Source: Diplonema japonicum (Eukaryota; Protista; Euglenozoa: Diplonemea). From it: a DNA stretch of 64,000 bases. Shown here piece by piece: positions 12,301 through 27,300 of this stretch. The notes beneath the pieces were generated by a model. That model was not told the origin of the DNA. It saw only the letters and a program-made list of their open reading frames with translations, and ran no database searches. A program made the position numbers and the translations under genes. The stretch lies in NCBI GenBank assembly GCA_964019335.1, contig OZ025697.1, positions 310,001 through 374,000 of the forward strand, written 5' to 3'. Position 1 is the stretch's first letter. Each line of letters starts with the position of its first letter.

Positions 12301-15300
12301 CGCCTGTTGCTGTCGAGCATTGTGATGCGGGCATCGGAAGGTCAGCAGCGCCCGCCAGTCGCAAGTAAGCAGGGATCACATCTTCGGGTGCCTTTGTCCG
12401 GAACACGCACACAGCGTCGCCATTGCAATGGGCATCCGACCAGCACTCCGTGTAACACGTGTTTAGAGAAGTATCGCAGCCGTATGAACCGCATATCGAA
12501 GGATCGGCCCTGCAGCTGCCTGCGATAGGCACAGTTGCGCCGGCAGGCTCACACGCGCTCTCCACGCACGCATAACCATCGATGCAGTGCGCGTCGAGAG
12601 TACATGTGATTTTGCACAAGTCGCCTGCTACAGGTGATGTGTACCTGCCACTGCCGCATACATACGGGTCACAGTACCTTGGTCGTCCGTAGCAGCTCGG
12701 GTCAGTTTCGGCAGTACATCTGTACTGCTTGAGAGGAGCACACTCACAGTCGTCAACATCAGCCGTGAGGAGGGGGCTGCCACCACAAGACACTTCAACA
12801 AAGACGGGCGAAGGACAAGGTGCCGAGAAGTACGCCCCACCCGGCCCTTTGGGTGTGCCTGCAGGGCAGAAGGTGACCGGGCACTGCGTACCAGGTAAGC
12901 ATGTCGTAGAAATGCGGACGTCAGCAGGACACTTGCAGGCGCGTGTGGCACTGATCCTGTCTTTTCCAGGCACCCATGTCCCCTCAGAGGGTAAGGGTCT
13001 GCCTCTGCAGTCTATTTCAACATCAGAAAACGTCACCTCCGGTGCACACAGCTTGGGCTCCGTTCCCGGCTCGCAAACAGGTGCTGGAGGTGGTGGACAC
13101 CCACAGGGATGCTCGACTACTCTGTTCAGGACAGGTGGGAAAGTGTTCTTGCAGTCTATAGTCAGCTGATCATGCCACTTGGGGCAAGCGTCCGCCGCAC
13201 AAAACCCTTCTGACCCTTCTTTGCAGGTGAATACAGGAAGAGGGCACCCGCACGGATCCTTTCCTGTGGTGGAACAGGGGAGTTGTTCAAGCTCAGGTGC
13301 AGGCCAGCCTCCGCAGTCGACAACTAAGTTAGACCCGAGTATAGCGTTCCAGTCGGGGCAGATGGGGGTCCCGTCCAGCTCTGTAAGGCATTTGATCCTT
13401 TCAGTACCATCGACCTTTTTCGGGCTGCCGTCTGCTTTAGTTGTGTTGATGACAGTGTCGGGCTTGCACATCGGGATGGGGGGCGAGTTGCATCCGCAAA
13501 AGTCTTCCTTTGTCTTCAGCCTGTAGGCGTGGATGTCGTGAACCTTCTGCAGGCAATTAATTTCCAGGGGCTGGGCGATCTCTGTGGGGCACTCAAAACA
13601 CTTGCTAGAGCGAGTGTCTTCAGGTATGTCACAGACGTCAGCGGGACACGACAAGAACAGGTTATACATATGCTTCGTAACGTTGATGTGTGCACCCTGG
13701 AATGTGATGTTCGCCGCTAAGGCCTCCGACTCGCTGAGCCTTTCTCCCTTAGGGCACAGGGTTGACGCCATATTCAGGCACCACTTAGGCACAACCGCCT
13801 TCCCAGCTGTCCCTGCAACACAGGAAATAAGCGTGGGGTCTGCACCACAAACGTCAGGGTCGGGGCAGCTTATGTACTGTGACGGGTACCCTTGGCAGTC
13901 GTATTGCACAACGGTCTCCACCTTGCCTTCTACAACACAGCATTCTGTGCTGTTCCCTTCGTCCTTGCAGACAGGGGCTTTCGAAAGCGGGCACCTGTTA
14001 TGTTTCAATCAATTCATCCTGCAGCTTCAAACATACCCACAGATGTCCTTTGCAATGGAAGGAAGGTCAGGTGCACACATGAAAGTGCAGTCGACTTCCG
14101 GGGCGGGGTCCTGCGTGGGTTGTGCTTGGTAGGACAAGACATACTTCCGAGTTAAAATACTCATCGATCACCCACCTGCCGCCAGCAGCACATGTTTTGG
14201 GACACGCCAAGTTGGATGTACAGTCCAGTGCTGTAAAGGTAGTGGTGGAATTCGATGACAGTACTGACTGATACGTGATGTAGTGGGGGTAGAATGGAGG
14301 CGGCGCACACTGCATGCAAGTCTGGCCTGTGTAACCCGGAGCGCAGACGCACTGTTTGTACATGGGGGACAGGGGGTTCAGCTCGCAGTATCCAGAAGAC
14401 ACACCACGGTAGCATGGCAGCAACGAGTGACACCTTGCACCGTCGCACGTCTTGTCGCTGAGGCAAGCAGCGACAGAACAACTCCCCGAGGTCCACCCAT
14501 CAGCGCATTTATCACACACATCACCAACCCAGTTCCCTCGATCAGCAGGAAGCACCACAGGACCTACAAGCCCTGCCGTCGTAATGACAGTACTCACAAA
14601 GTTGTTTGCAGTGTAGATGCGACTGCTCTCGTACGCCTCCCACCCCAAGGGCAGCGATGCGGTCGCTTCAGTCCTCACCTTCCATCCCATGGCGGTCTGC
14701 AACCTGGCGTTCCCCCAGTTGTTCACACCGGAGATGTCCGTCGTCCCTGGCTGTGTCGTCATCTGCAGTGATAGAATAACGTTGCCTGACTCCTTGATCT
14801 TCAAGTCCCTCATGAAGCCCTCGTATAGCATCGAAGGGGTGCCCGATGAGATGTCAGCGCCGATGGTAAGACCCTCCCTCATGAACAGTAAGGATCGCAT
14901 TTTTGGCTTGCCGTGCATGCCTGCAGGTGAAGAGGAAGCCCTGGGGGTGAAGATGTCCTTCCCGCCGATCGTCTCTACAGTGCCGATCTTCACGTCACCG
15001 TTTGCAGCGTCTAGCTCTACTCCGAGCATCAGCCACCTACCTGTTAAGAAGTCACCAAATCCTGGCGCCACAGCCCTCAGCACAGCACCAGTCCCATCTT
15101 GGACAGTCACTGTAACAGTGCCGCTCTTTAGCTCCCCGTCGCCTTCCGAGTTCATGTCTACGTGAATATGCGAACCGTCTGTGTGCGCAGCCCTAAGGAC
15201 CGTCATGGGTCTGTACAGGGCGGTGCTCTTCAACAACACATTGAACGAGAGCGTTGATAGGGGCGGCACAGGGCGGTAGTGCACCAACAGGAACATCCCG

Positions 15301-18300
15301 TGCACCTGAGAAGTGATTGTTTTAGTCTTTTACATTATCGACAATACCTTTATGTCAGCTGTTGCAGGGGCGCCCGATGTCGGGGATAGATCAACAATAA
15401 CCTTCATGTTCTTGATCTGTTGTGTTTGTGTCATGTGTTTCGAATGTGATACCTTGGCGGTGCTCTCCTCTTCCACAGCGAAGAAAGTGGCGTCGATCAC
15501 CGGGGCGAGACTGCCAGGAGTCAAGGTAGTGGACGTCACTGTGCTTTCGGCCAATGCGGTACCCGCTTTGCGGATGGTTCTGCTGCCGTCGGGGAACTCC
15601 AGCATGACCTTCATGTCCATGTTCTGGAAGACGTCTGCGACGATCAAAACCTGCAGACCGATGACTTCGCCTGTCAAGGTTGGGAAGTGGTAATCGTTCC
15701 CGAAGGACATTGACAGCGTGATCCCATCGCCGTAAGTAGGCTGAGACGTGCTGCCACCCTTAGAAGAGCGCCACAGGTGAGGGGTGTAGTCTTTCCATGC
15801 CGACATTCCTGTGCAGCAGTCAGAGATCCTGTACGAGAGGACATCGGGCGGAGTCATGAAGGTGTTTGTCGTCCTTGGGATTTCTGTAGCGCTGGACCAC
15901 TCGGCGAACGCACCCACCTTGTCCACCACTGGGATGTTTGTCACAAATAGCCTGACAGAATCTGCCACACGGGCGGTCAACGCGCCATTCTCGCCCCATG
16001 TCCCTTCTCCGAACCACAACGGCCACGTTGCCCCCGAAGGATCCGACTCCGGACATGCACTGAACAGACCTATGAACTCGTTCAGCAGCGGGTCGTTCTT
16101 CGAATACACACAAACACGGTCGGACTGGTGCTTGTCAGTGCGTCCCATTACTGTCTTGATACTGACAGGAGTCTCTGGTTTTGCGAGTGCTTCTTTGATA
16201 GCCACCTGAAGCTCTACATGTAACACGGCGACCCATTGTGTGCCATCACCTGAAGAGATGATCACAATCGTGTCGCCGGTGGTGTCCAGTACAGGTGGTG
16301 GCTTCCAGAAACCTCCTCCGAAAGTGTTGCCGTCTGCCTCAGTAAGGTAGCACCAGCTAGGCCCTGTTGTGGGTGAGGGGTTTGCGGATGTTGTGGCGGC
16401 GAAGACGTCGACACCGGTAGCGAACATATGCATAGGGCGGAATGGCTCTACTTTGCCAGCAAGCTCATTGGCCTTCATGACAGCTTCACCAATATGGCCA
16501 TCGCCAGCCCATGCGCCGCCGACCACGGCAGCACCCACCGTCCTCCCAGTAGCACTGTCGACAAAGAACCTACAGTACCTCACAACGGTTGCTTGGCCGA
16601 ATGTCGAACACGTGCAGTGCCCTTTGGAGCACGTAAAACCCGGACATTCAGGCTGCAGGTAATACAACCCGTCGTGCGGCCTGCCTAAGTTAAGAAGCGT
16701 ACCGTCTGGGTTCAATTTGTAGCTCTCGACCACATGGTGGCATGATTTGTAAATGGAAGCTTGGTCGGGAGCACCTGGGAACCTGTTTGTAGTTCCGTCA
16801 GGCATCTTGCTTGAGATGGGATACCTCATAAAGTATGAGGTGTCGAAGCGCATTGCCGTTCGGATTCTTATAGACTGCACGCCTTGGTCTTGCCCGAAGC
16901 AGATGCATTTCCCGTCGCCTCTACAAATACCATGCCCAGAACACTCCTTTCCGTTAGGTCCGATGGCACATTTGCTGGTGGTGCACCTGGTGCCTTCGTA
17001 GCCTTCAGCACAGCGTTCGCAGTTGGGTCCAGACCAGTAGCCGTTGATGGCGTCTGTGTAGCATTCGCAAGGGGACGGGAGTTGTTGGCAGAAAGTGTCG
17101 CCGCAGAGAGAGATAAAGGTGGGGGAAGCTGTGTCGGAGACCTTCCCGCCGCAGCACGACGTGAGCGCGTGCTGCAGACAGTAGCGGTCGTACTCTTTCG
17201 TGCTCTCAATGTCGTTCGCGTCGTTGGTGCAGATCCCGTTGTAGTTGCAAGTGGATGCATCACACTTCGGGGCCTCTATGCACATTGGGATGCCAGTAGC
17301 ACATGGCGATTCGCATGTATCGCACGGAAGCACCCCATCCGGGCACACAGGGTCACCGTGCAGACAGGTGAGCGGTGGGCTCTTTACGCGGGTAGGCCCG
17401 CACACCACATCAGAAATAGGGGACCCGTCTTTTTTCAGCGCCGTTGTCGAGTACCTTGTGTGCACGTCATAATCTTCAGAAGGCTCCAATGATATCGAAT
17501 CAAAGGCCACTAGACAGTCCGTGCCGCTAGTGACAGCTGCCGTCGTCACTGCGTCGTACTTGATACACCGCAGCTTAATGACCGCATACAGGGTACCCAA
17601 GGGTGCCACGTGGGTCAGAACCATCTTCCCCCATGACGGGTACTGCTGTCTGTTTGTAGGTGAACCTGACACTGTCACCAAGTCCCTTCCGAACTCGTCA
17701 CGGAAGGACAGCTCGATGACACCAACATCTTCAGTGGGGACGCTGTGTGCCTGACTCATGTGCGTGATCTGTGCAATGAGGGTGTGTTCCTTGAGAGGGA
17801 TTAGCGTGGATGCTGTCTTAGACGTCACGTACATCATCTCGGCGGAGTGCCGACCGGAGCTCTGCCCTGTCGCGGTCACCTGTGAGTAGAAATACACATC
17901 TCCAGCAGCAGGGGCAATAGGACTCCCCTTGAAAGAGAGCCCACCGTAACGCGAAGCTGCTATCCAGTTCCCTGTGTATGCAGGTTGCGAGTTCCTTCCA
18001 TTGTCAGTTGCATCCCACCCCATTGCCCCGGGCACGCTCATGTCAACACCAAACGTGATCAACGGGACTGTCGGGTTAGATGCCGACAGTTGGCTTGCCA
18101 CCTCCTCACCGCCCCCGTTCAGCAAGCCTACAAAAGGCGCTTCATTGTACACAACACTGAAGCGTGCTAAGCTCAGAGGATTATTGGTATCTTTTTCGTC
18201 GACGTTCCCAAATGGGAAAGAGCTCGTCGGTGTGAAGTGATTGTGTTGCGAGCCGTTGACGCTCATGGTGGCGTAGTAGTTCCTGCAATTCCACACCTGC

Positions 18301-21300
18301 TGCAAGGTGGTCCCCACTTTTGCCACTTGAATAGGGAAGACGTCTGTGACCTGCGTGAATGCAGCGTCGCAGTCGACCAAGTTGAGCATCTCGTCCACCA
18401 AACCGACAGAGACCTCCCACGCGTTGCCTTTGATGGCGCTCTTTGCTTGTTCTGCGCACACGAGGGATGCAGGCCACCCAGGCCGCACGGGGATCTTCGC
18501 AGTAGAGCTACCCTTGAGACCAGGCACAGCACAGCCCACGGTGATCACATCAGGTGCCGTGGGGTACCAGATACTGTTTATCACCACTGAATAGTCCAGC
18601 CCTGTGAAGCCACACCCGTTAGCGGCATGTGCTGTCTGGTTGCATGACGAGGGCACTGCATATGTCGTCTTAAGAGCACCGAAGAAAGTTGCTTCTGGAG
18701 TGTCTTGGCTGACTTCAACCCCAGTGGAAGGCTCCAACGTGGACCCCACTGGCTGCACATCAAGGTCGCTGATAGTGTTGGTGAGAATCCCTTTCGGTTT
18801 GATCCTCACCTGCAAGAAAGTCGACTCCACGCCGCTCACGGCACCTGGCGGGTGCTGGCTCAGCTGCTCTGTCGGAAGCCTTGCACCAAATACTCTGATG
18901 TCGTAGACCAGTGCGCTGTCCACGCGCATCTCCAAGAACGGTGGCACGATAGGAGGACCTGTGAGGTCAGTCCACTCGGTCACAGTGTACGTGCTTTTTG
19001 ATACACCGTCCACGAAGATCTCCGCCACACCTACCTGGGAACCAGAGATGGGTTTGTTTGAGATGCCTTCAAATGTAGCAGCGTATGAATGCCACCCGTC
19101 CATCCAAGAGGGGTCCATCTCAACAGAAGCCACAGTGTGACCAGGCGGAACATCCAACTTCAAGAAGTGTGTTTGGAGAGGTTCTTTGCTGAATTCAACG
19201 TACCAAGAAAACTGCGAGTTGTGTAGAAGGATAGACCTTGTCTCTGCGTCAGGTCGCAGCGACAGGAACTTCGCCCACAGCTCTAAGGTGAAGGCGTTCT
19301 GGGAGACTCTTGGAAGTGACGCACCGGGAGCCAATCCCGTAAGGCACATACTTGCAGGCGGCGTGATAGTACTGGTACTACACCCATAAAGCGAACCACC
19401 TAGGATGGAGGCCGCTTTTACATCCCTGTTGGCAGAGCTGCTGGCAGCTTTATTGAGCTGTCCCTTCCCGTGTGTGAGGTGGAGGGAAACAGATATCCCT
19501 TCGGTCCATGTGTGCACACCATGCCCATACTTGTCTTTGATCTGGACACGGTAGGTTTCGAGGTTGGATGGCCCGGCAACGTGTTCCCCCGGGAAGCCAA
19601 GGAATTCACAGTGGTCGGCCTCCGCTGGTGTGAACAGGACAGCACTGGAGGTGATCGTAATGTCAGTACGACACTCCGCAGTGTCGCACTTGTCAATGTA
19701 GGAAACAACGGTAAACCTGAACTGCAGCAGCACTGGGTGGTTTACGTGCAGTCCCGTGAAGTGCGCTACACCATCCGATGAGATGGCTACAATGGTGCCG
19801 TCGATAGACCCGCTCAGCAGAGGGCTGTGAAGCTTCGTCCCCAAAACAGGCACAAGGTTGCTTTTGGTAGTTGCCAGCAACACAGCCCCGCTCCCGACCC
19901 CGACACCCGTCACTAGGGGGTCAATACGTACACCCACGCCATTGTGTCCCGTGTTTGCGTTCCCGTCTACGATCTTGATCTCCGCGAAGAAATGTTCGTT
20001 CACACGCATCTCGCTCAGTACAGGCGAGTCGATCACCAGTGACTGGGGACACCCCGGGCTCACCATAATAGGTGTGATCGGAGCAAGTCCTGCAACGAAG
20101 GTGTATGGGGTAGCCTCCTGTTTGAACACAATGCTCTTGACGGTAGTCGTCGTGAGCGGGAAGGACACATCGCAAAACGTGTCATCGTTACCTTGCGAAG
20201 AAGCACGCGTCCTGTCGATAGCATACTGGCACGAAACAGGCGTCCCACCATCCACGACCGAGACTACAGACACACCGTTCGCCTCTGAAGCTTCCAGCTT
20301 GCGGAAGCTTGCACTCAGGAGCCTCACGCGGAAAGAAAGAGTTGAATTTACTCTTATCGGGCATGTGATGCTAGGGTTTGTGAGCACTGTAATGCGCTTT
20401 GCCTCGATCACCACCACATCGACGGAGGTGCTTGTCATGCTCGGTGCCTGCGGGTCGTCTTCGCCGGCAGTGCTCAAGCGGCGGCACGTTACAGTCAACG
20501 TATGGGTTGCTACGTTCATGAAGGCGAAGTTGTGCCTGAACCAAACAGTGGAGGGCTCAGTGAGCACTTCATTGCCGTCATCATCGTTGCCATAGTGCAT
20601 GTGCAGCCTGGGAACAAGTCCCGCGTTGTCGTCGAGTCTTATGAGTTGCGGCGACTCGAGAGTACACAGCTGTGCGTACCTCAGAGTATCGATGGCAGGG
20701 TTGCCATACTTGTCGACCGATCGCACTTTTAGACCGACGTCCAAGGCTTGCCCTTGAAGAGCAGTCTCATCGTAGTGCACTGCGGTCAACGACGTAGGTT
20801 CATTGTGGATCACTTCCACTGTCTTACTGACGACCTGCACCTCCATGGTGCAGGCTGTTCTCGCTGTGATCGTGTGGGAGGGCACCACCCTTAAGGAAGG
20901 CGCCGCCTTCGTGGATGTCACAGTGAAAACGAAGGTGCTGGCGTCGTTCGAAACAAGCGATGAAACGTAATCCGCGCTATCGATCGTGACCGCGTAAGCC
21001 TCCAAGTTGTGCACAAAGTTAATCTTGTTGCGGTAACGGTCGAGCACCGTGACCGTGACGGTGAATGGCTTTCCAGCAATAACATTTATGGGGAGGTCGG
21101 AGACCTCGATGTATGCAGGTAAGCACGATAAAATGATGACGTCCAACTTCGGCGGGTAAGGGTCCATAGGGACAGCGATAAGCCAGTGAGGTGCGATAGC
21201 CTCGAGAGAAATTGTTTCGGCACTGGTAAAACTCAGTCCTGAAAATGTTCTTCTTCCGGATTGAAGTACGCCAGTCAGCTGCTGTGTTTGAATGGATCCA

Positions 21301-24300
21301 AGCGTTCCTTGACGCGATCTAATGCTCACCTCACCGACGAGCTCATCAGCGTTCCAGTCGATCGACGGATGCGACCACGAGACAAGGTTGTTAAACTCGT
21401 CAAACGCGCTTACCTGCACCGAGAACTGCTGCAGCGCACCGCAATCCAGACACAGTGCATTTCCTTGCAGTGTTTCGTGCACAACGGGTTGCTTCTGCCA
21501 AGCTTCGATTTGCAGCCTGCTAGGCTTGCTCGGTGGGAATACGCGCGTAAACACACCTGTGCAAAGCTCCGAATGGTCAGTCAGATGCACCCTATATGTG
21601 AATAGCACTGATCTAGAATCCTTCACGTACTTCAAGCTGATAAAGGACAGCGAGCTGTGAAGGGCATTGACTTTCGTGGCACCGACAAGAGACGCCATGT
21701 CATTTGTCTCCACAGTTGCCGTCACACCTGTCACATAAGCGGCATCAGACTTGCAAGGCAAGTGAGAGGAGCAGAGGAAAGGTATTTTAACGCACTCTGA
21801 AACAACATCCCATTTTGGCACTTGGTGTCCATTGGTCACTACCCTTCGCAGAACCACGCACTTGCTTCCAGCCTCGATGGCTGCAATGTCAGCTTGCGAC
21901 GGTTTTGTGATCCACGCGGAGTAGCTAGGTCTAGGCTCATCGATAGGGAGGTTGTCGGCATTGATCAGAACTTTGGTGCCATATACGGAGCGCACCCCCA
22001 CATGCAGCCTGATCATGTCCAGGTTCACTTTCTCCAGAACGATTTCCTCCTCCTCGCTGTTTCTTGTTGTTGCAGTTTCGTGGCACGTCATCGCTGCACT
22101 CAAACACCTCGGCCCTTCACCCACAGGGTTCCCCATCAGGTCGAGTGTTGTGACCGAGAATGTGAACGACTCTCCTGTGGGGTATGCAGGCTGGGTAGGT
22201 TCAGTGATTTTGCAAGCAGAAAGCTTGCCAGGGTACACCTTGACTTCCAGTGTGCATTGCGCTGCATCGGTTGCTTGGATGTAGAACGTCCGTGTGACAT
22301 ACAGCGCGCCGTCTGGGATCTTGGTGTGGTAGGTCAGACCTTCGAATACGGCTGAGCCGTCGGCTTTGCTTGCAAGGTCGGTCGGCGTGTTGCCGGCTAT
22401 GTTGCGGAGCTCGCCGCGGGTGCTGGTCGTGTAGTCAAAGGTGGGATCGACCATCGAAAAGGTTGTTTCGTGCGCCACAGGAACTCCGTTAGTAGAGTAG
22501 AGTTGCGCGTTGATGTCGAAAGCCTCGCCTGCACGCACTTCGTGGACACCACCGCAGCGTATCGCCAAGTGTCCCACGTGCGCCGTACAGCTAGAGCTTC
22601 GCAAGTTAGACTTAATACGGAAAGCAAGTGTCGGGGTGCATTTCGGGTCGAAGTTCGGGTCTGCCATACACTCATTGTAGATCTCCTCTTCAGGAACCCA
22701 CACAGCGTTGTCGAACACAGCCACGCCCTGCTCGGACACCACTGGTGTACCTTTCACAACCCTCCCGACATCAGGCTCCAGCTCCACCCTGTATCCAGCT
22801 TCGATCGCAAATATCTGATCCCCGTTTGCCCCGCCGCAATACTCATCGCCTCCAACCGACCCCAAGCATCGCATGGCGCACTCCCTCTCAGGTTGCTCCA
22901 CTCCGCCGGACAACGGCATCCTGCCACATAGACACACCTTTCCACCGCGGAGTCCTATCAGGTCGTACCCCTCGGCAACACATGCATCTGCGCACTTTTG
23001 TGGTGTCAATTCACCCACAGGAATCTCTTGCGATAGTGTGGCACCAGAGAAACAGCCTACAGGGACAAGCTCGTTCGCTTCCGACGTGATGATGTTTCCA
23101 TCCGTGTCTATGATGTTGACGGTGATCGTGGGTAGGGGGCTGCCGATGCCGATGCGCGGCGGGGGGAGGTCAGCAAGGGAGCAGACTTCAGGCGAGATGA
23201 TCTTCGTGCAGCAGGGTACGCCGTGCGTGACTAAGATGTCGTCGGTCAGGGCAGAGATTACGTCGCAGCCCTCCGAGCGGATAGTAAGGAAGATGCTGCC
23301 CGCCTTGGACCATTTCGTGGACACTGTCGCACGCCCGTCTACCAATGCAGCGTCGCCGATGACAACACTGCCTTCGATACCTGACTGGCTCACGGAGACT
23401 TCAAGTTGCGAGTCCAAACAGCCTGCATGGCCATATATCCCGCTCGTTGCTTTTGTCAACACGTTTCCGCACCTGTCCTGGAGTGCCACCTCTAGGTCGA
23501 ATGGGTGTGAGCTTTTCACCACGCCTGGTGGCTGCTCGACGATGACTAGCTTGAAGGCAGGACCAGTTTGGAACTCAATGACATCTGTGTGAATAGTAGG
23601 CCTTGGGTGGGGAACCGTGATGCAGCTGTGGTCGGAGCACTGCTTTCTACAAGAAGGCATGTCAGGCACAATGTCGTTCTTGGGAATGCTCGACGAGCAG
23701 CCAATGCCGTACTTCGAGCACGTCTCGTACACAAGATCGGTATCCAACGCAGACAGGGTGATGGGTTCTGCTTTATTGTACCCGATGCTGAAGCTGACAA
23801 GCCCCTTTTCTGATATCTTAGTAGTCTCACCGGTTAGTTCACCAGTCCCCCCTGCGAGGCTGAGGGTGATCTTGTGTGATGTATCAAGCTGACGGTTGTC
23901 CCAGAAGTCCACAACTTCAAAATTCACGCTTAGCCTGCCTACGAAAGCGCAGTCAGGTGCAGGTACTCCACTCGGCACAGAGAGCGCCCTGAGGTGGTGT
24001 GGTTCACCCGCAGTGATGGTGATAGGCAGCGTGTACTGTATTCCGCACGAGGGCCTCGTCGAGTGGAAAATTTCCAGCTCGATAGTCTCAGCGTAGTTGT
24101 GCCACAGGCCGGAGAACTCTATCCTGTGCGAATCGATAGCGTGCGAGATTTTTTCATGGAGGCGGAAGATAGCGACGTTCGTCCCCTTCTGGTTGATGTT
24201 GGCTCCTTGGCACGTAGCTGACGACACAGCTGTGTGGCTATTGAACTCCTCCAAGCACCCGTAGATGTCATCACCGTACTTATCTTGCGCTACAATGATA

Positions 24301-27300
24301 AGAGGGTGCCCTGCATCACGGCAGCAAGACTTACAAGATTCGATATCAGGGAAGAGATCTAAAGTGTCGATGAGTGTGTCGCTTACAGCAAAACACCCTT
24401 CGGGAATGAGACCCGAGCCAGAGTAAGTGGTTCCCTTCGGGGCACCCTTCGTGGTGGCAAGGCCGGAAGCTATTGGTGCGATTCCTAGGTTGGCGCCTGA
24501 ACAGGGAATCAACCCCACGATGCCAGTCGTACTGCCGACCTCATTGACGGTTTCAGTGTTGCCAGAGCTATCGTATATCTCGCAGAACATGTGGCGGAAG
24601 TTCCACATCATGCACCTGTGGTCCACATCACACTGTTTCTTGCACGACTCCCACGAAGTGGCCCCGTTCAGCGCCACCATTTGTGTCTCAGGTGTCACCT
24701 TTCTGTACATGTTCCTCTGCACACCGCAGTACGCGATGTTGTTGTGCTCGTCGTAAAGATCAACGCTCGTCCCGAACACCTCACCCGCGTTCAAAGTTGA
24801 AGGCTGCTCGGAGGCTATCCACTTGCACGGTCTGTTGGGCACAATGTTGATAGCAATTTCTTTTGAATCACTGCATGCCACGACAGTACCGATAGCTGTG
24901 TGGACCACCTTTATCCACACAGTGGAAGGGGCAACCGTGACGTTGAAAGCCCCCTGCGACATGTCGAAAGTAGCCCCAAGCGTAGTGCTGCCGTCGGGCA
25001 ACGTCACATCCTTCACGTCGACCGTGATTGTCATGGCGCCAACAATGCCTGGGACCTGCCTTGAAACCACAAGCTGTACTTGATAATTACGAAGTGCTGC
25101 AATCTGATCAGCATTCAAAGCCTCGCCGTGCTTTGTGAGCGCGACCTTGATGTCGCCCACAGAGTGGATCGACGGGTATGCGTGTGTGTGTCCGGAGCCA
25201 GGGAAGTTTTCCCCAACAAGAACAGCACGATTCTTGGGGACTTCGATGTCGATCTGGCACAGCATGCAGTTGATGGGCGTTAGCTGTGTTGCGATCTCTG
25301 GCTTGGACTTGCAGCTCATCACGGTCTCAAGTGTCACCTGCAGAGTCCTCACATCCAAGCCGCCGTACAGCGTGAACTGATCGAACTCCACACGGCCGTT
25401 CAGAAGCGGCATGTTCAAGGAGCCTTCGATCGCAATGCCGTACGGGTCAAGCTGTTTGCCTGAAAGTGTACTACCCGCGACATCTGCTGAAATGAGTCTC
25501 TCAGTGGGGTCCGGAAGAGCAATGGTAAAGACATTCCTCGACACAGTGTTGTCACTGCCCGCCCAACGATTCACGACCATCTCCTCGTCCCCGCTCCATC
25601 CCCCGAAGAAGTACGCAGTGTTGGCCACCACAACATGCGGAGTCGTTGCCATGAATGACCTGCCGCCTGGTGCAAGGCTGTACGAAGTGGTGGACGGGAT
25701 AAGAGTGCCGGACAGGTGCTTGTCGTGAACGACCCATTTCTTTGCGGGGATGTCGTAGATCCCCACAGAGGAGCTCAGCTTGGCTGGGTCATAGCCATCT
25801 TTAGTGGACCCGCCGAATGTTACAATGCGCCCAAAGTGGTCGTCATAAGCCATACCGGAAGCTCCGGGTAGCGGGCTTGCCATGCTGCTCCAAGAATCCG
25901 GCTCCGACAGTGAAATCGAATATATCATCTCTTGGGGCTCGCCATCTGCCTTTAAGCCGCCCAGAACGTACATTGTGGCATCCCTCACAAGGGAAGTTGC
26001 TGCATGCAGTGGAGGTGGTTGGTTCTTCGGGTCCAATTTTTTCCACTCTGGAAGCACCGACGTATCGTTGCGGATGATGCCGTCGATATCCAGTACCCAC
26101 AGGTCGTTCTGTGGTCCCTTTTCGTTAGCCCCGCCGAAGACAAACAACTTGTTTTCGTGCACTTGAGCGGTTGCGAAGACGAGCTTGGGTGCATTCTTCG
26201 TAGGAAACATCCTGTGGTGATTCCAAGGTTCCACATTGAACGAGTATCCCGCATCCCACTTCATCAGCACTCTGTCAACCATAGCCACAATGTACAGGTC
26301 GCCGAGGAAGCCGACCCTTGACATTCCTCCAAAGATTAGCATTTTGTCATCGACAGTGGTTGCGGCATGCCCATACCTTGGGCTGATGCACCCGTCGCAC
26401 GGTTGGCTATAGTGGTGCGCCGCATTGCATTGTGGGCAGGCGCTATTAGAGTCAGGGCCCTGCAGCACCTCACGCCATATTTGATAATGTGTGCTGTACC
26501 ACCACAGCTTGTCCGACGCCCCAAGAGGTGCCCTGTCATGGGGTGCCTCACCTGGACCAGGACCTGTCGACGTACCACCAAACACCAAGAAGCTCGTCTT
26601 CCTCAGGGCATGGATATCCACTACCTGCTCTGCATCTCCGCGTAGCACCGTTGCTCTGGAGGGTTCGGCTTCATACCGTTTGAACACGACTTTTTCTGCC
26701 GCCGTAGGTGTCAAGTACTCGAGGACCTCCTCCGCTACGAAACTGCCCCCTTCACGTATAACGGAGTAGCCGTATAAAGGACCGGGGTTTGTTCTCCTCT
26801 CATCGGACGTGCAAATGCCAGTCAGAGCGGTTACCGTCCACTTGCAACGCGCCTTCGTGCAAAGGGCTTCGTTCGTAATGGCGCCACATGTCTGCTCTGT
26901 CCATGCCAATGACACACTTGACGTGCTGCTTGCTATTCTAAGGCTGAAAGTGCAGTCAGGTGCTGACGTTAGCTTGTTCCCAGCTTTGTCAGACACGCTG
27001 ACAAAGACGCTCTGTGCTTCGGTGTGGTTCACGATGCACGTTGCAGGTTGACCCGTTACTGTCATGACCGCAGGCTCGTCGGGCTTAACACATAACACCT
27101 CGCTACGGTCACTGGCTTCCTTTCCGTCGCTCAAAGCATCAGCGCGAAGGCGTATCTGCTCAGCTTTGTCATAATAGATTTTGCTGAATGTTGCAACGCC
27201 ATTCACGGTGATAGCCTTTGTGGTACCGTGGAGAGACCCCGTTGCTCGCGGGTCGAAAGCAGCTGGAAGGATATTCACCACGATGTCATCCCTCTCTACC

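Noticed and set aside
15306-15333. Alternative 28-nt intron using the GT at 15333
   Set aside because: It puts the next exon out of frame. The donor at 15347 (42 nt) gives ADIK|VHGMFLLVHY in frame.
14000-15350. Stop-codon readthrough, programmed frameshifting or a non-standard genetic code to explain breaks in the giant gene
   Set aside because: Every break is resolved by a short canonical GT-AG intron in the correct phase. TAA, TAG and TGA are all used as ordinary stops in this window.
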